DNA of 63,703 bases, counting the filler, from Octopus bimaculoides (Eukaryota): the NCBI RefSeq assembly GCF_001194135.2. It is 5 parts of 5 records of this genome, joined end to end, with 100 filler letters (N's around TTAATTAATTAA, not from the genome) between each part and the next. Parts side by side here need not be neighbours in the genome. Positions count along the whole stretch, not along the records: positions 30,339 to 44,568 come from NC_068994.1; positions 44,669 to 61,452 come from NC_068993.1; 3 more parts are not named here. The stretch is one strand, 5' to 3'. The notes below the pieces were generated by a model. The model did not search any database. It was not told the DNA's origin and saw nothing but the letters and a program-made list of their open reading frames with translations. Position numbers and translations under genes: made by a program. Positions 39,701-52,955 of the stretch are shown here, piece after piece. Position 1 is the stretch's first letter, and each line of letters begins with the position of its first letter.

Positions 39701-40200
39701 GGCACAGGTGTGGTTGTGTGGTAAGAAGCTTGCTTCTCAATCACATGGCTCTAGGTTCAGTCTCACAGAACAGCACCTTGGGCAAGTTTCTTTAATATAG
39801 CCCTAAGCCAGGCAAAGCCTTGTAAGTGGATTTGGTAGACAGAAACTGAAAGAAACTCATTGTGTGTGTGTGTGTGCGTGCATGCGTACATACGAGTGTG
39901 CATGCATGCATGTGTGTCTTATATGCAAGTGTGTTTTACTATCTTGACATAGCACGGCAGTTGTAAATGAATGTCACCATCATGCAAGCAGTGTCATTCA
40001 CTTCCAATCTTTCCTGAAAACTGGTCTGGTTACAGTTAAGTGACATCACTGTAACTTAACAGGTCAGCAAAAGAAACCGATAGAATAAGTATCAAGCTCA
40101 AGAAAAAAGACAAAATAAGCACTGGGGTCGATTCATTTGACTAAAATTCTTCAAGGCGGTGCTCCAGCATGGTCATAGTTAAATCACTGAAAAGCATAAA
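39701..40200 (+). mobile_element. Major SINE copy, about 120 nt from the donor of the 40321-40407 exon
   Basis: Head GGCACAGGTGTGGTTGTGTGGTAAG, tail GGCGGTGCTCCAGCATGG. Confidence 0.8.
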
Positions 40201-40320
40201 AGATAAGAGAAGCAGACATAGTTTTATTATAGTTTTTTCTCTCGTGAAATTAATTAATTAGAAACATTTTGTTCTGTTGAAGGCACTAATATAAAAATAC
40301 TGAAAATGAAAGCTTGTTAC

Positions 40321-40407
40321 CTTTATAACTGAAAGGAGTTTATTGAAGCGGTCAACCTCTTGTCCTAACACTGTAGTTAATGAATTCACTCTTCCTTTCT
40401 CATCAAG
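40321..40407 (-). CDS. DNAH6: Next internal exon (87 nt, phase 0-0) of the DNAH6-like dynein heavy chain
   Basis: Translates [29 protein letters not shown], nearly identical to the DNAH6 motif [21 protein letters not shown] as recalled. Strong acceptor ttattttctttcaacag| and donor AAG|GTAACA. In frame with the 42320-42487 exon. Confidence 0.92.
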
Positions 40408-40640
40408 CTGTTGAAAGAAAATAATTATGAGACGTATAAAAATGCTATGCTAATGACGTCTAATAACAGTAAAGAATACAAATAGTTAGCCTACTGCCTG
40501 CAAACCAAAATCAAATTTAGTTCTAAAAATACAAATTTATTTTGTGAAAATGATTCTTGATTTGCTGAAATTGTCTTCCCTTTACTTTGAAACTTGCTAA
40601 TAGTTACCACTAGATTTATTATATTTTCTTTCTCCAACAC

Positions 40641-41110
40641 ACCAGACTGACTTGCCCGAGATGTGGTCAGAGCAACAAAATCCGTTCTGCATGCACTCAT
40701 GCAGTGTCCAACCATTTCAGACCAGTGGGTTTATGCCGAACAGCTGCTGTCACGTGTGGTACAAGTCTGCCTATCAGCCAAGTCTGTCGTGACAATTGGT
40801 CCGCCACCTTCCCTCAACCAGGAAGACAAGGCAGTCTTCATCGTACTGGTGGCCATGGTGAAAGAATGTGTGTGGTGGACTTGAGTGAAAGGATTAGAGA
40901 CAAACACTTACCTCTCTGGCCAATCGCTCATCATCTTTTTCAAGTACCACTTGAAAAGGAAGGTGAGAATGGAGAGGCAGGTTTTGTCTCGTGAAAATTT
41001 CAAAAAAAGGTGGGTGAATGTAGCAAAGATGGTGCATGCGAGTGACGAAACTACTTTGAGTATGATCCTGTAAATCGAAAAGAGAGAGAGAGAGTTCTTT
41101 GCTCTCATGT
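40641..41110 (+). mobile_element. L1/Tx1-type ORF2 C-terminal (CCHC / zf-RVT) fragment, antisense in the dynein intron
   Basis: CPRCGQ, frameshift, SVLHALMQCP...KECVWWT*...FFKYHLKRKVRMERQVLS...FKKRW...* (41073). Fits the C..C...ET..H....C and K..IW..R pattern. Confidence 0.75.
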
Positions 41111-42319
41111 GTTTATTCCTTCCTCTACTATAAAGCTATAGACACCACTGATTAAACAGTTTAGTCTGAATATGGGTGAGAGATTTATTTCCTAGAGAGC
41201 AGGTTTAAAAGGTGATGTGCTAGTATGGGGTGTGTGGAAACCAGAATTGAGAGGTGTCCACAAGCACTTGAGAAGAGGAGGAAGAGAATTGTCCAGATCT
41301 TTGTTAGACTTTGACTAAGACATGTTCATACTAGTTTTGGCATGATCTGTTAGTGGATGGGGAAGAGGAAAACACAATACCATAGTAACCCATTACCTCA
41401 GTACATGTTAGCAGCCCAATCAAATGAGAGTGGCCTTGGGGTGGGGGTGGGGGCTGCTCCCTCAAAATCTTATGATCCTTTGAGCATTATTCATGAACTG
41501 AGGTAGAAAAAAGATATGAGATCATGCACCATTTGGTAGGGCAACTTTCTGAGATATTACCCGGGTTTAGGCTCTTGTACTATCAAGCAGCAGGATTCTG
41601 CTCTAAAATCTTTTGTTTTCCAACTTGCACTCTCTGTAAACTTGTGACACCATTCACAAGAAAATGCAGTTGGTGTGATAGGATTGTGATAACCTTCTGC
41701 TGGAAGCCAGGTCCAAATGTTTACAAGTGTTTGAATTCTTCTGCTAAAAGCACTCATATGACAAGAGATAACATTAAACCAGATAATGTACTAAGCTTTT
41801 GCTGATCCTCACAGCAAAAAGAAAAGAAAAGGTGTGCAAAAATCTGCAATAATCCAGCCAACAATTTAAATAAATAGATTACATAGACATTAGGTTTACA
41901 AGCCTTAAAAATTCGCTCTGTCACTGCCTATGGACATAGTGTAGTGGCTAAAGGTTTTGGTTAATGTAATTCAGTCACCTAGAGATTTTGAGTTCAATCC
42001 CATTTAAAGCACTAAGGTGAATTCACAACAAAATCAACCAAAGTGAAAAGTGTCAGAAAATGCAGACAGCAGCATAAGAACAGTGTAAAACCTAAGATCA
42101 AATAATGGGTTAGGTTTGAAATTCTGATACAACAACCAATTTTGACACAAGACACCTGTAAGTGAAAGCAACCTTCAAAATGGTCAGACATTATGTAAAT
42201 AGTGGACATAATATAAATTCCTCATCCCAGAGATATAGAATTGTATTAATTTAAATACATATTTCAAAATATATGACAAGAAATAAAGATATAAAGTGAT
42301 TCTTTTAAATAATACTTGC

Positions 42320-42487
42320 ATCAAAGATAATTTTACTGGCTTGTTCAATATCAAGTTTGTCTATGATTTTCTTGTCAATGCTTTCAATCAAGTCCAATAC
42401 AATAGAATCTCCTGACTTCATTTCTCCTCCAGCAATTCTTGGTTGCATGGCAAGAACAGCACTGACCAAATTAAATGTTTCTTGTCT
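42320..42487 (-). CDS. DNAH6: Internal exon (168 nt, phase 0-0) of an axonemal dynein heavy chain, C-terminal region after AAA6; DNAH6-like
   Basis: Translates RQETFNLVSAVLAMQPRIAGGEMKSGDSIVLDLIESIDKKIIDKLDIEQASKIIFD. This matches the dynein heavy chain ET..L...L..QPR...GG..KS.D.IV..L segment as I recall it from DNAH6. Acceptor ttttaaag| at 42488; donor |GCAAGT at 42319-42314. Paralog assignment is from memory of the family, not a search. Confidence 0.85.
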
Positions 42488-42565
42488 CTTTAAAATGGTA
42501 ATGGATTCAAATTTTAACATTATTGCATATTTATAAACAAATTAAATACAAATTAATATCTTACA

Positions 42566-43061
42566 CTTTTACTTGTTTCAGTCATTTGACTGCGGCCATG
42601 CCGGAGCACCGCCTTTAGTCGAGCAAATCGACCCCAGGACTTATTCTTTGTAAGCCTAGTACTTATTCTATCGGTCTCTTATGCCGAACCGCTAAGTTAT
42701 GGGGATGTANNNNNNNNNNNNNNNNNNNNNNNNNNNNNNNNNNNNNNNNNNNNNNNNNNNNNNNNNNNNNNNNNNNNNNNNNNNNNNNNNNNNNNNNNNN
42801 NNNNNNNNNNNNNNNNNNNNNNNNNNNNNNNNNNNNNGGTGACAAACACAGACACACAAGCATATACACACACATACATAAATATATATACATATATACG
42901 ACAGGCTTCTATCAGTTTCCGTCTACCAAATCAACTCACAACGCTTTGGTCAGCCCGAGGCTATAGTAGAAGACACTTGCCCAAGGTGCCACGCAGTGGG
43001 GCTGAACCCGGAACCATGTGGTTGGTTAGCAAGCTACTTACCACACAGTCACTCCTGCGCC
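42566..43061 (-). mobile_element. Young major SINE copy, about 80 nt from the acceptor of the 42320-42487 exon
   Basis: Near-exact reverse complement of 34989-35350. Confidence 0.85.
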
Positions 43062-43116
43062 TGATGTAAATCTTTCTAACAAGTTTTACATCATTATTGA
43101 ATTTTACTGTCTTCTC

Positions 43117-43306
43117 TCTTTTACTTGTTTCAGTCTTTAGACTGCAGTTCTGCTGGCGCACCACCTTGAAGAATTTTTTCAGTCAAATGAATCAATCCAA
43201 ATACCTATATTTTTTTTATATCAGTCTCTTTTGCTAAACCACTAAGTTACAGAGATGTAAACACACCAGCATCAGGTGTCAAGCAATGGTGGAGGACAAA
43301 CACAAG

Positions 43307-43339
<33 letters not shown>

Positions 43340-43500
43340 GAAGGGCTTCTTTCAGTTTCTGTCTACCAAATCCACTCACAAGTCTTTGGTTGGCCTGCAG
43401 CTATAGTAGGAGACGTTTGCCCAAGATGTCACACAGTGAGACTGAACCCAGAACAATGTGGTTGGGAAGCTAACTTCTTACCACACAGCCGCTCCTGTGC
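43117..43500 (-). mobile_element. Major SINE copy
   Basis: Family motifs on the minus strand; a partial plus-strand copy follows at about 43670-43860. Confidence 0.8.
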
Positions 43501-44238
43501 CTTTATTTAATACAATAATTTTAAACCATGATTGAAGAGAAAATTTACTTTTTCAAGTTCATTATAATGAGACTCAGCTGCTAAAAAACAAAAACCACCA
43601 ATGTAGAAACCTCAACTTGCTGACACACTGGCCAATATATCCAAAATTATTCCTTCTAATATATCAAAGACAATGGCTGTGTGGTTAAGAAAGTAACTTC
43701 TCAACCAAGTGGTTTCAGGTTTGGTTCCACTTGCAGCACTTTGGGCAAGTGTTTTCTACCATAAACCTGAGCTGAAAAAGCCTTATGAGTGGATTTGGTA
43801 CATAGAAGCTGAAGAAGAACCGAAGAAGCCTGCCACACACTGAAGAAGAAGCCTGCTACATATAGGGATGTAAGAGTGGGCCAAAAGTCACGCAGCAAAA
43901 CATTTGATGTTACGTTATTATTATTATTATTATTATCATTATTTCTCATTTTTTTCATCAAGTATATGTGTATTCATCATTATCTTATTTATTTTATTCA
44001 ATTTTAGAATAGTTGAAGCACGTCTCAGACAATTCCACAGCAAACTGAACTTCATTTGTGCATGACTTTTGACCTACCCTGTATGTATATATACCATAAA
44101 AAACCCATGTAATTTATGCACTTTTTTTCATGAAAGCAAAAATAAACTTTAGGGGGTGCATAAATTACATGAGTAGATTGTTTCCAGAAATTTTTTAGAA
44201 ATTTTCTTTGTTGTAAAATGACATACAAATGTAAATAT

Positions 44239-44568
44239 TAGTACATTGACTACATTAAACTATATATAGTATATTGACTACATTAAACTATATATAGTAT
44301 ATTGACTACATTAAACTATATATAGTACATTGATTACATTAAACTATATATAGTATATTGACTACATTAAACTATATATAGTATATTGACTACATTAAAC
44401 TAGATATAGTATATTGACTACATTAAACTATATATGGTATATTGACTACATTAAACAATATATGGTATATTGACTACATTAAACTATATATAGTATATTG
44501 ACTACATTAAACTATATATAGTATATTGACTACCTTAAACTATATATAGTATATTGACTACATTAAAC
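44239..44568. repeat. 28-bp minisatellite, at least 11.8 units, truncated by a gap
   Basis: Unit TAGTATATTGACTACATTAAACTATATA, head-to-tail, few substitutions, no spacers. Confidence 0.92.
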
Positions 44569-44612
44569 NNNNNNNNNNNNNNNNNNNNNNNNNNNNNNNN
44601 NNNNNNNNNNNN

Positions 44613-44624
44613 TTAATTAATTAA
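44613..44624. other. Artificial scaffolding linker TTAATTAATTAA inside a 100-bp gap
   Basis: Identical N-flanked 12-mer. Confidence 0.9.
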
Positions 44625-45332
44625 NNNNNNNNNNNNNNNNNNNNNNNNNNNNNNNNNNNNNNNNNNNNCCACCACCACCACCACCACCACCACCTTCATA
44701 ACTACCATGACAGTCAGCTGCATCATTACATCACCGTTGCATGTCCCCGGCCCCATGTCACCACTATTACTTTCATCACATTTCTTATTAACACCATCAC
44801 CGATGTCATCATTGGTACCACCATTATGACAACTATCATCCTCATAAAAACCACCACCATCATGACCATTTACATCACTACTATCATCATTTTTTCTCTT
44901 TTACAGCTGTAAACGTACTTCTATCCTGTAATGTCCTGCACAATTTTCTATCACAGCTAATCTACAGCTATACTATAAAATAAAATAAAAAACTATACAA
45001 TGCTGCAATGTAATATATACTAAAATGTAATGTATATATACTACAATAATATTGTATAGTTAACTATTTTATTAAAATACAAGGCAGCAAGTGTCGTTAC
45101 CGCACTTGGCAAAATCCTTAGCGGTATTTCGTCCGTCTTTATGTCCTGATTTCAAATTCCGCAGAGAATGATTTTGCCTTTCATCCTTACGGAGTCGATG
45201 AAATAAATACCAGTTGAGTACTTGGGTCGATGTAATCGACGAAATCTTCCCCTGAAATTGATAGCTTTGAGCCAAAATTTAAAAGCGATAGTGTACTCAA
45301 ATAGTCGGTCACACTATTTGTACTCTAATAAT

Positions 45333-45645
45333 TACACCTCCTCGGTTTACGACCGAGTTCCGTCCCAACTGACAGGTCGTAAGTCGATCTGGTTGCATGT
45401 AGGATTTCTATTTTTCAATACTATTGTTATTCATGCAGCCGATGCTTGAAAGCGACTAAGTGAGAGACAGTGGCAGAGAGTGGGTGTCTGGGTCTGTGGG
45501 AGGCCTCCGTTGCCATAGTTACCGCACGAGAGGCTGCCCAACATCCGAAAATAGATTTTTATTTATTTATCTATTTTTAAATTCATTTATTTTTTTGGAC
45601 TCCTCAACCGTATTATTATCGAACCGAGGGTCTAGCTATGTGTAT
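45333..45645. mobile_element. Probable Tigger-like MITE
   Basis: Left CCTCGGTTTACGACC...GGTCGTAAGTCGA; right CGAACCGAGG; resembles pogo/Tigger ends. Confidence 0.4.
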
Positions 45646-46189
45646 ATATGTTATAATTAGATGTTTAGTAGTTAATAATTAGATGTTTATAAATAATTAG
45701 GTGTTTACAAATCGTCTTCTTGGCCTCATGAACAGTCCAAATATGGTGACCAGTCCTCTTAGTGTTCTGACCTCGGGCATGTAAACCTCTGAAATAACGC
45801 AGACTTTGAATTGCTTTCATCATTTTTTTTTGTTTTATTTTCATCGATCCAAATCCTAAAGCAACATGTCGTCAAAACTATTTGCCATAATTTGGCTCAA
45901 ATTTCAATCTTTCATGTCCATCTGTCTGTTAAGAAACCAGTCTGGAATTTTGTACTAATGAAGGTTTGATATAACTGTTACAACTCCTATCAACCCTACC
46001 TACTATCATTTCAATAACTCTTTTATTAAAATCAGTGTGTTGGCTTTCTTACAAACTTCGTTGGCAAATCGTCGGCCAATTCCTTCCTACGACCGTCGAT
46101 TTTCGTATTCATAATGCGCAGAATATATCGGAACTTCTCTGGGATTAGGAGAGCTATGTTTGCAGTTTACCGAAATGTGTGGTGTGTGG

Positions 46190-46272
<83 letters not shown>

Positions 46273-46974
46273 CTATCCATCTATTTATCTGTATGGTTCA
46301 AATGTACAAAGAAAAGCAGAGACAGGTGAAGGAACAACAAGCAGGTGTGTCAATTTGACGCTTAGGAAAAATGGAGAAGTTTTTGGCGTTTCGAACCTAC
46401 GCTCTTTGACAGGAAAAGATGAGAAGAAAAATAATTGAGAGAGACAAAAAAAAAACAAAACAAAAAAAAAACAGAAAGAGGAAAGAACGTGGCGGGGTTG
46501 ATTTTATAAAAAAGGATAAGGGCGCCGATCGAGAAAGTGTTTTAGAGCGAGAAGGCCCCTTCGTTGTGTGGGATGACGGTTCACAGTGTCTTCCGATTTC
46601 CGCATAGCTAAGCCATCTGGGGACGGTCGAAACTTCGAGGTAACGTCGAGGTTACTCATTCTTGTTAGAAAATGATCAATTTGTATTTTACAAAATTATG
46701 CAGTAACGCTTCAGATTACTGCAAAACTGCATTAAATTATAACTGAACATAAGAACAGAGACACAAACATGCACATAGACACACGTATATACATAGACGT
46801 ACATACGCTTGTACCGATGTGTGTGTGTGTGTGTGTGTGTCTGTGTGTGTGTATGTGTGCATGCGTATGTGCGTGTGTATCGCCGTGTCTGTCCCCCGCT
46901 TCACTGCCTGAGTGGAGCCGTATTGTTTACGTAATGTAACCTAGCTCTTTGTCAATTCTTTATACTTTTCTTTT

Positions 46975-47813
46975 ATTTTACTTGTTTCAGTCATTTGACA
47001 GCAGCCATGCTGGAGCACCACATTTTTTTAGTCGAGCAAATCGACCCCAGGACTTATTCTTTGTAAGCCTATTACTTATTTTATCGGTTTATTTTTGACG
47101 AACTGCTATGTTACAGGGACGTAAACACACCAGCATCGCATGTCAAGCGATGTTGGTTGGACAAACACTGACACACAAATACACACACACACACATATGT
47201 ATATATATATATATATATATATATNNNNNNNNNNNNNNNNNNNNNNNNNNNNNNNNNNNNNNNNNNNNNNNNNNNNNNNNNNNNNNNNNNNNNNNNNNNN
47301 NNNNNNNNNNNNNNNNNNNNNNNNNNNNNNNNNNNNNNNNNNNNNNNNNNNNNNNNNNNNNNNNNNNNNNNNNNNNNNNNNNNNNNNNNNNNNNNNNNNN
47401 NNNNNNNNNNNNNNNNNNNNNNNNNNNNNNNNNNNNNNNNNNNNNNNNNNNNNNNNNNNNNNNNNNNNNNNNNNNNNNNNNNNNNNNNNNNNNNNNNNNN
47501 NNNNNNNNNNNNNNNNNNNNNNNNNNNNNNNNNNNNNNNNNNNNNNNNNNNNNNNNNNNNNNNTATATTGTATATTCCATATTCTATACCCCACATTGGT
47601 TCTGCAGGAATATAAATAAAACATGAAAAACAGACAGTGTTGTAACTCTTTTAAACAAAGGGCTTCTTTCAGTTTCCGTCTAACAAATCCACTCACAAGG
47701 CTTTGGTCGACCCGAGGCCAAAGTTGAAGACACTTGCCCCAAGGTTCCACGCAGTAGGACGGAACCCGGAGCCATGTGATTGGTAAGCAAGCTACTTACC
47801 ACACAGCCACTCC
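46975..47813 (-). mobile_element. Major SINE pieces (tail 46975-47215, head 47660-47813) separated by a gap and unique sequence
   Basis: Family motifs on the minus strand. Confidence 0.7.
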
Positions 47814-48539
47814 TGATAGAAAAAAAATTAATACTGTCGTTGATTTGTTGTAGTAAAACTGATCAATGCGATGCCCCAGCATGGTCGGAGTCCTATGAAT
47901 GAAACAAGTAAAAGGGCAGAAATAAAATGTACTATAACATACTATCCCAAATATATTCAATGCTATATTGTAGCACTCAACTAAACAATGCAATCCGTAC
48001 TAAACTACATTGAACAATTTTATTGAAAGATATTATACTCTAGCATTGACATTTTGTCTATTCTATTCTTTGCGACATTTTTTTTTATTATCTCTTATAT
48101 TCCCTGATTTATGATTATAATAATCATTGTTGTTGCTTTAGTCGCAATTGTTCCAGTAATAGAAGAAATGGTATTAGTACTGTTAGTAATAGTGGTTGTT
48201 GTTTTTGTTGTTGTACTACCGTTCCCATCTATATTGCGTATTCCAGCAATCATCCATATAAAATACCTCATTACGCCAGAAATATAAAATACATTCTATT
48301 GAACTAGTGTTGATTTTATAGGTTAACATTGTCTGCGTCTATGCGTGTTTCTGTCTTTCTTTCGCTGTCTTTCTCTCGCACCCACGCACGCATCTACCCA
48401 TCTCCACTTTATTTCTCGCTCTCTCTGTATACATACGTACTTAAATAAATACATACATACATATACGCACGCACTCACACACACAGGCACACCCACACAC
48501 ATGTATATATATATGTACAATATGTTTTTACACGTACAC

Positions 48540-49000
48540 TAATTATGTAGACCATAAACGTTAGCCGGACGAAATATATTTTCTTTCGCCTATGACTCGT
48601 CGGGAATATATTTTGTCACACTAACAATTATGGATTTAATATTTGTTCACTCTTAAACAGACATTGTGCCTTTGATCTTGCCACTACCCGCGGTGCACTC
48701 CATTTTCTCAATTTCATCATTGCGCTAAGTATTTTCTGTTCTACGCCGCCATTTTCACCTGTATCTTACGCCACCGCTATGTTGCTGGTTCATTAGAAAA
48801 TTTTTGATGAGCCAATAATATAGCGGTAGCAAGAGACACAGCAGCATACTCTGATGCTTTATGAAGATGTTGGTATTAACTCCAAATGTATACCTTCTAT
48901 TTCGACAGATTGAACAGCTATGCTACGGCTCCTAGAAAGAACCTGTTCTAATATCTTTTTGTAGTACCCTTTTCTGATACGAAAGTTTTAGTACGTTTTT
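48540..49000 (-). mobile_element. Possible Merlin/ISXO2-like transposase remnant
   Basis: Minus-strand KDIRTGSF*E (cf. SIR.GSFF) and DES..GERKY (cf. EIDES.F..RKY) in the expected order; heavily disrupted. Confidence 0.4.
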
Positions 49001-50452
49001 CTTATAGGAAAGTGAAAAGGCGAAACTTCAAGAACTATGGAATGCCACACTTAATGACGATTTTTGTAGTTTGAATGTTTAAGTTTGGTGCCAGTCGTTT
49101 CAGAACATTCCAATTACAGAGGTTTGCACATCGTTTCCTTTGCATATCGTTTCCTTAATGTTTACCTTGACTGTACTATAAATTTGTATCAGTATAAATT
49201 ATTTAGCATCAGAATATTGTATTAATTTGTTTATTGAGTATTTCATACATATTTTGAGGATCTGCACTGAAGGATCCGCTTGTGTCTAACAGTGGTTTAT
49301 CTCGTGGTAGAGAGGGGCTATATTTCTGTGTGGTAAACACGCATAAAATTTGGTCCACTCATTGATTAATGCTTCGTACATCTAGCATTCATCAGTGAAA
49401 AACAAGAGAAATAATATACTACATACAGGAAAGAAACGAGAGGGAAGCATTTGAATAAACAATTTCATATAAAATGCTACACATTTTCAGTCTATAAAAA
49501 TAGTTTTTCTTCCAAGGTACTCTCCATCTTGCAGAAATATAAAAACAACAATGATATAAATGCACACACGCGTACATATTTAGGCAGTATGTGTATACTG
49601 CTCTAGCTTTGAACGTATACGCGCGCATTTTGGTGCATCTGAGTGTGTATCTATGCCAGTATAGACGTATGTATAAACCTAAAGACACGTGCATCTATAA
49701 AATGGATATGCATATGTGTTGCTCTGTTTATTAATTCTTTATATCTCTGTATAGATATGCTTCTGGAAAGCTCCAACATCCTTATGCATGCATCTGGATG
49801 CTTAGCTAACGTCAGTCAGTTACGCGTATGTATTTGTCGGCAATACATTATAAGTACAAATCACTAAGCATAGGACCCCCTTAAAAACTAATATATATTT
49901 CTAACATTTCTAAAATACCCAGTTTAATATTTCTTAATAAAGATCTAATAACATCAACACCGATTAATTCTCCACTGACCAACTGATTTATCTGTAGCCT
50001 TTCATCAACGCTAATATAATAGGCAGCTACCGACTTGCTTTCTAGCCTCAAAATTACTGGTCTTGTGTGAAAATTAGAAGGAATATGAAAACAGAACTAT
50101 TTTGAAGTTTTTAAATCGTTTTTATTGTTAAAAATTCGTATTTCATAATAGATCTTTGCATAAAAGCAAATCGTTTTTTAGATAAAGCAAAATAATTAAA
50201 AATCATAATGAGACAAGAATGTTTAGATCAATAATATCCTTCCGGTTGGCCTATTAACATTTTTACTATCTCCTTATTTGAAGGAAGTGTCGGAAACAAA
50301 AATGACGTGCTATTCATGCGTTTTGCTTTAAGCCATAGTCATGAAAACAATGGGACGACTGTGCGTAGCTGTTTGGACGCAGACGGTTGGGCATGGCTGA
50401 ATGGATATTCAACCTATTTGTGACTGTACGTTCTGGCGCTTGAAAGTAACAT

Positions 50453-50485
<33 letters not shown>

Positions 50486-50789
50486 AAAGCACATACATAA
50501 ACTATGCGTAATCAAATATACACATACAGATATTTAGATTGATGGATAGAGAGAAAGAGAGAAGGGGAGATAAATCGANNNNNNNNNNNNNNNNNNNNNN
50601 NNNNNNNNNNNNNNNNNNNNNNNNNNNNNNNNNNNNNNNNNNNNNNNNNNNNNNNNNNNNNNNNNNNNNNNNNNNNNNNNNNNNNNNNNNNNNNNNNNNN
50701 NNNNNNNNNNNNNNNNNNNNNNNNNNNNNNNNNNNNNNNNNNNNNNNNNNNNNNNNNNNNNNNNNNNNNNNNNNNNNNNNNNNNNNNNN

Positions 50790-50838
<49 letters not shown>

Positions 50839-52370
50839 GTGAGAGATAGACAGACAGATAGACAATGGGCGAGAGAGAGGAGAGAGGCGGACTGACGAGC
50901 AGAAACAGAGAAAGAGAAGGAGGAAAATATCAAAACAAGAGAAATGCTAAAACGCAAGATATGAAAATATTCAACGTTTAACCAGCGATGCCAAAATAGA
51001 CGGCGCCAAACGGCTGTGCCAAAACGTTTCCTACCTTCATGGGTATAACATTTATTGAAAATCCCCAAAACCAGATTCAAACTCATGCAATGTCAGAGTT
51101 CATGATATATTTTAAGTGAGACGAATCTCTAGGTTGTTACTTGATCTGTATTAAGCTATTTATAAAACTTCCATGACTGTTGTTAAATTCTATAAGGAAT
51201 TGTACAGCTCTCTTTTATTTTCCGTCTAATTATATTTCTGCTAATTCTAATACGCTGGGTCACACCATTTCCTCATCGTAAACGGAAGGAAAGTGTCGTG
51301 TAACAGTTGAATCATGAAGTATACTACTTTTACATTTACATTATATTTCCCGTTATGCATTCTCTATCTGATGATTTTTTTGTGATTTACTAGTTTGCAG
51401 TTTCATTACGAGGTTTAGTTTTTCATTCTCATTTTGTTATAATATGTTCTATGAATTAGTAGTCAAAATTATACTTTATGGTCAGTTTTAAAACGTATTT
51501 CATGACTTATTCGCTCATTTGATAACCAGTGAATAAATGTTTCTTGTAACATTGTATACGTACGGCTTATGTATTTGTTATGTATGCTGCATATATTGTA
51601 TTTGTTGATATTATTGTGCCATGGCCTGATCTATTCATCTACTAAGCTACTCAATATCAACTAATGTTGATTTACATGTAAGATTTCTTCCTCCAACTTC
51701 CTTTAGTAGGTGGAAAGTTAAAAGCTCGTCTAAGAAAGAATTTGTCCATATCTATAAATATTTTGTATCTATGGGCACACTGACTATCACCTTCCATATA
51801 TATATATATATATATANNNNNNNNNNNNNNNNNNNNNNNNNNNNNNNNNNNNNNNNNNNNNNNNNNNNNNNNNNNNNNNNNNNNNNNNNNNNNNNNNNNN
51901 NNNNNNNNNNNNNNNNNNNNNNNNNNNNNNNNNNNNNNNNNNNNNNNNNNNNNNNNNNNNNNNNNNNNNNNNNNNNNNNNNNNNNNNNNNNNNNNNNNNN
52001 NNNNNNNNNNNNNNNNNNNNNNNNNNNNNNNNNNNNNNNNNNNNNNNNNNNNNNNNNNNNNNNNNNNNNNNNNNNNNNNNNNNNNNNNNNNNNNNNNNNN
52101 NNNNNNNNNNNNNNNNNNNNNNNNNNNNNNNNNNNNNNNNNNNNNNNNNNNNNNNNNNNNNNNNNNNNNNNNNNNNNNNNNNNNNNNNNNNNNNNNNNNN
52201 NNNNNNNNNNNNNNNNNNNNNNNNNNNNNNNNNNNNNNNNNNNNNNNNNNNNNNNNNNNNNNNNNNNNNNNNNNNNNNNNNNNNNNNNNNNNNNNNNNNN
52301 NNNNNNNNNNNNNNNNNNNNNNNNNNNNNNNNNNNNNNNNNNNNNNNNNNNNNNNNNNNNNNNNNNNNNN

Positions 52371-52403
<33 letters not shown>

Positions 52404-52699
52404 ATATATGATATACACACACACACACACACACACACATAGGCAGTTTTTAGTTTTTGTGTAAACTTAGAAGTTCACTGCTGCCTGTGTGATTCATTGT
52501 TGCTGCACTTATATGTAAGAATGGTGTGTAGTTATGATCAGAGTAAATGCAATAGCTATGCTGTATCGTAAATGCAACACTAGAGATATGATGGAGAATG
52601 AAAAACTTTGTAGAAAATCCTCCCAAAATTAGTTGTGGCTATGGTCAATATTTATGTGAAATAAACAAATGTTAAAAAAACACCCAAATGGTAAGAATA

Positions 52700-52773
<74 letters not shown>

Positions 52774-52921
52774 TTGTCTGTCTGTATGTCTGTAAGTACA
52801 AATATATGAAAACAAAACCTGGGAGATGTTTGCAGTGAAAATTAGCGTTTTTTTCTCTCTCGCTGTGCCTGTATATGCGTATGTGTGTGTGTGTGTGTGT
52901 ATACATATATATGTTTATGAG

Positions 52922-52955
<34 letters not shown>

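Noticed and set aside
44239-44568. CRISPR-like 28-bp periodicity
   Set aside because: Units are contiguous with no unique spacers, no cas genes, and eukaryotic context.
45710-45795. GLHARGQNTKRTG resembling the RPS18/uS13 C-terminus
   Set aside because: Short match, flanks do not continue the ribosomal protein, and no other exons; likely chance or repeat-derived.
46370-46420. Hammerhead-like motif on the minus strand (GAGCGTAGGTTCGAAACGCC)
   Set aside because: No CUGANGA core, no NUH site and no stem I in this copy.
46600-46660. GAAACTTCGAGGTA hammerhead-like half motif
   Set aside because: Upstream core and stem I are not identifiable.
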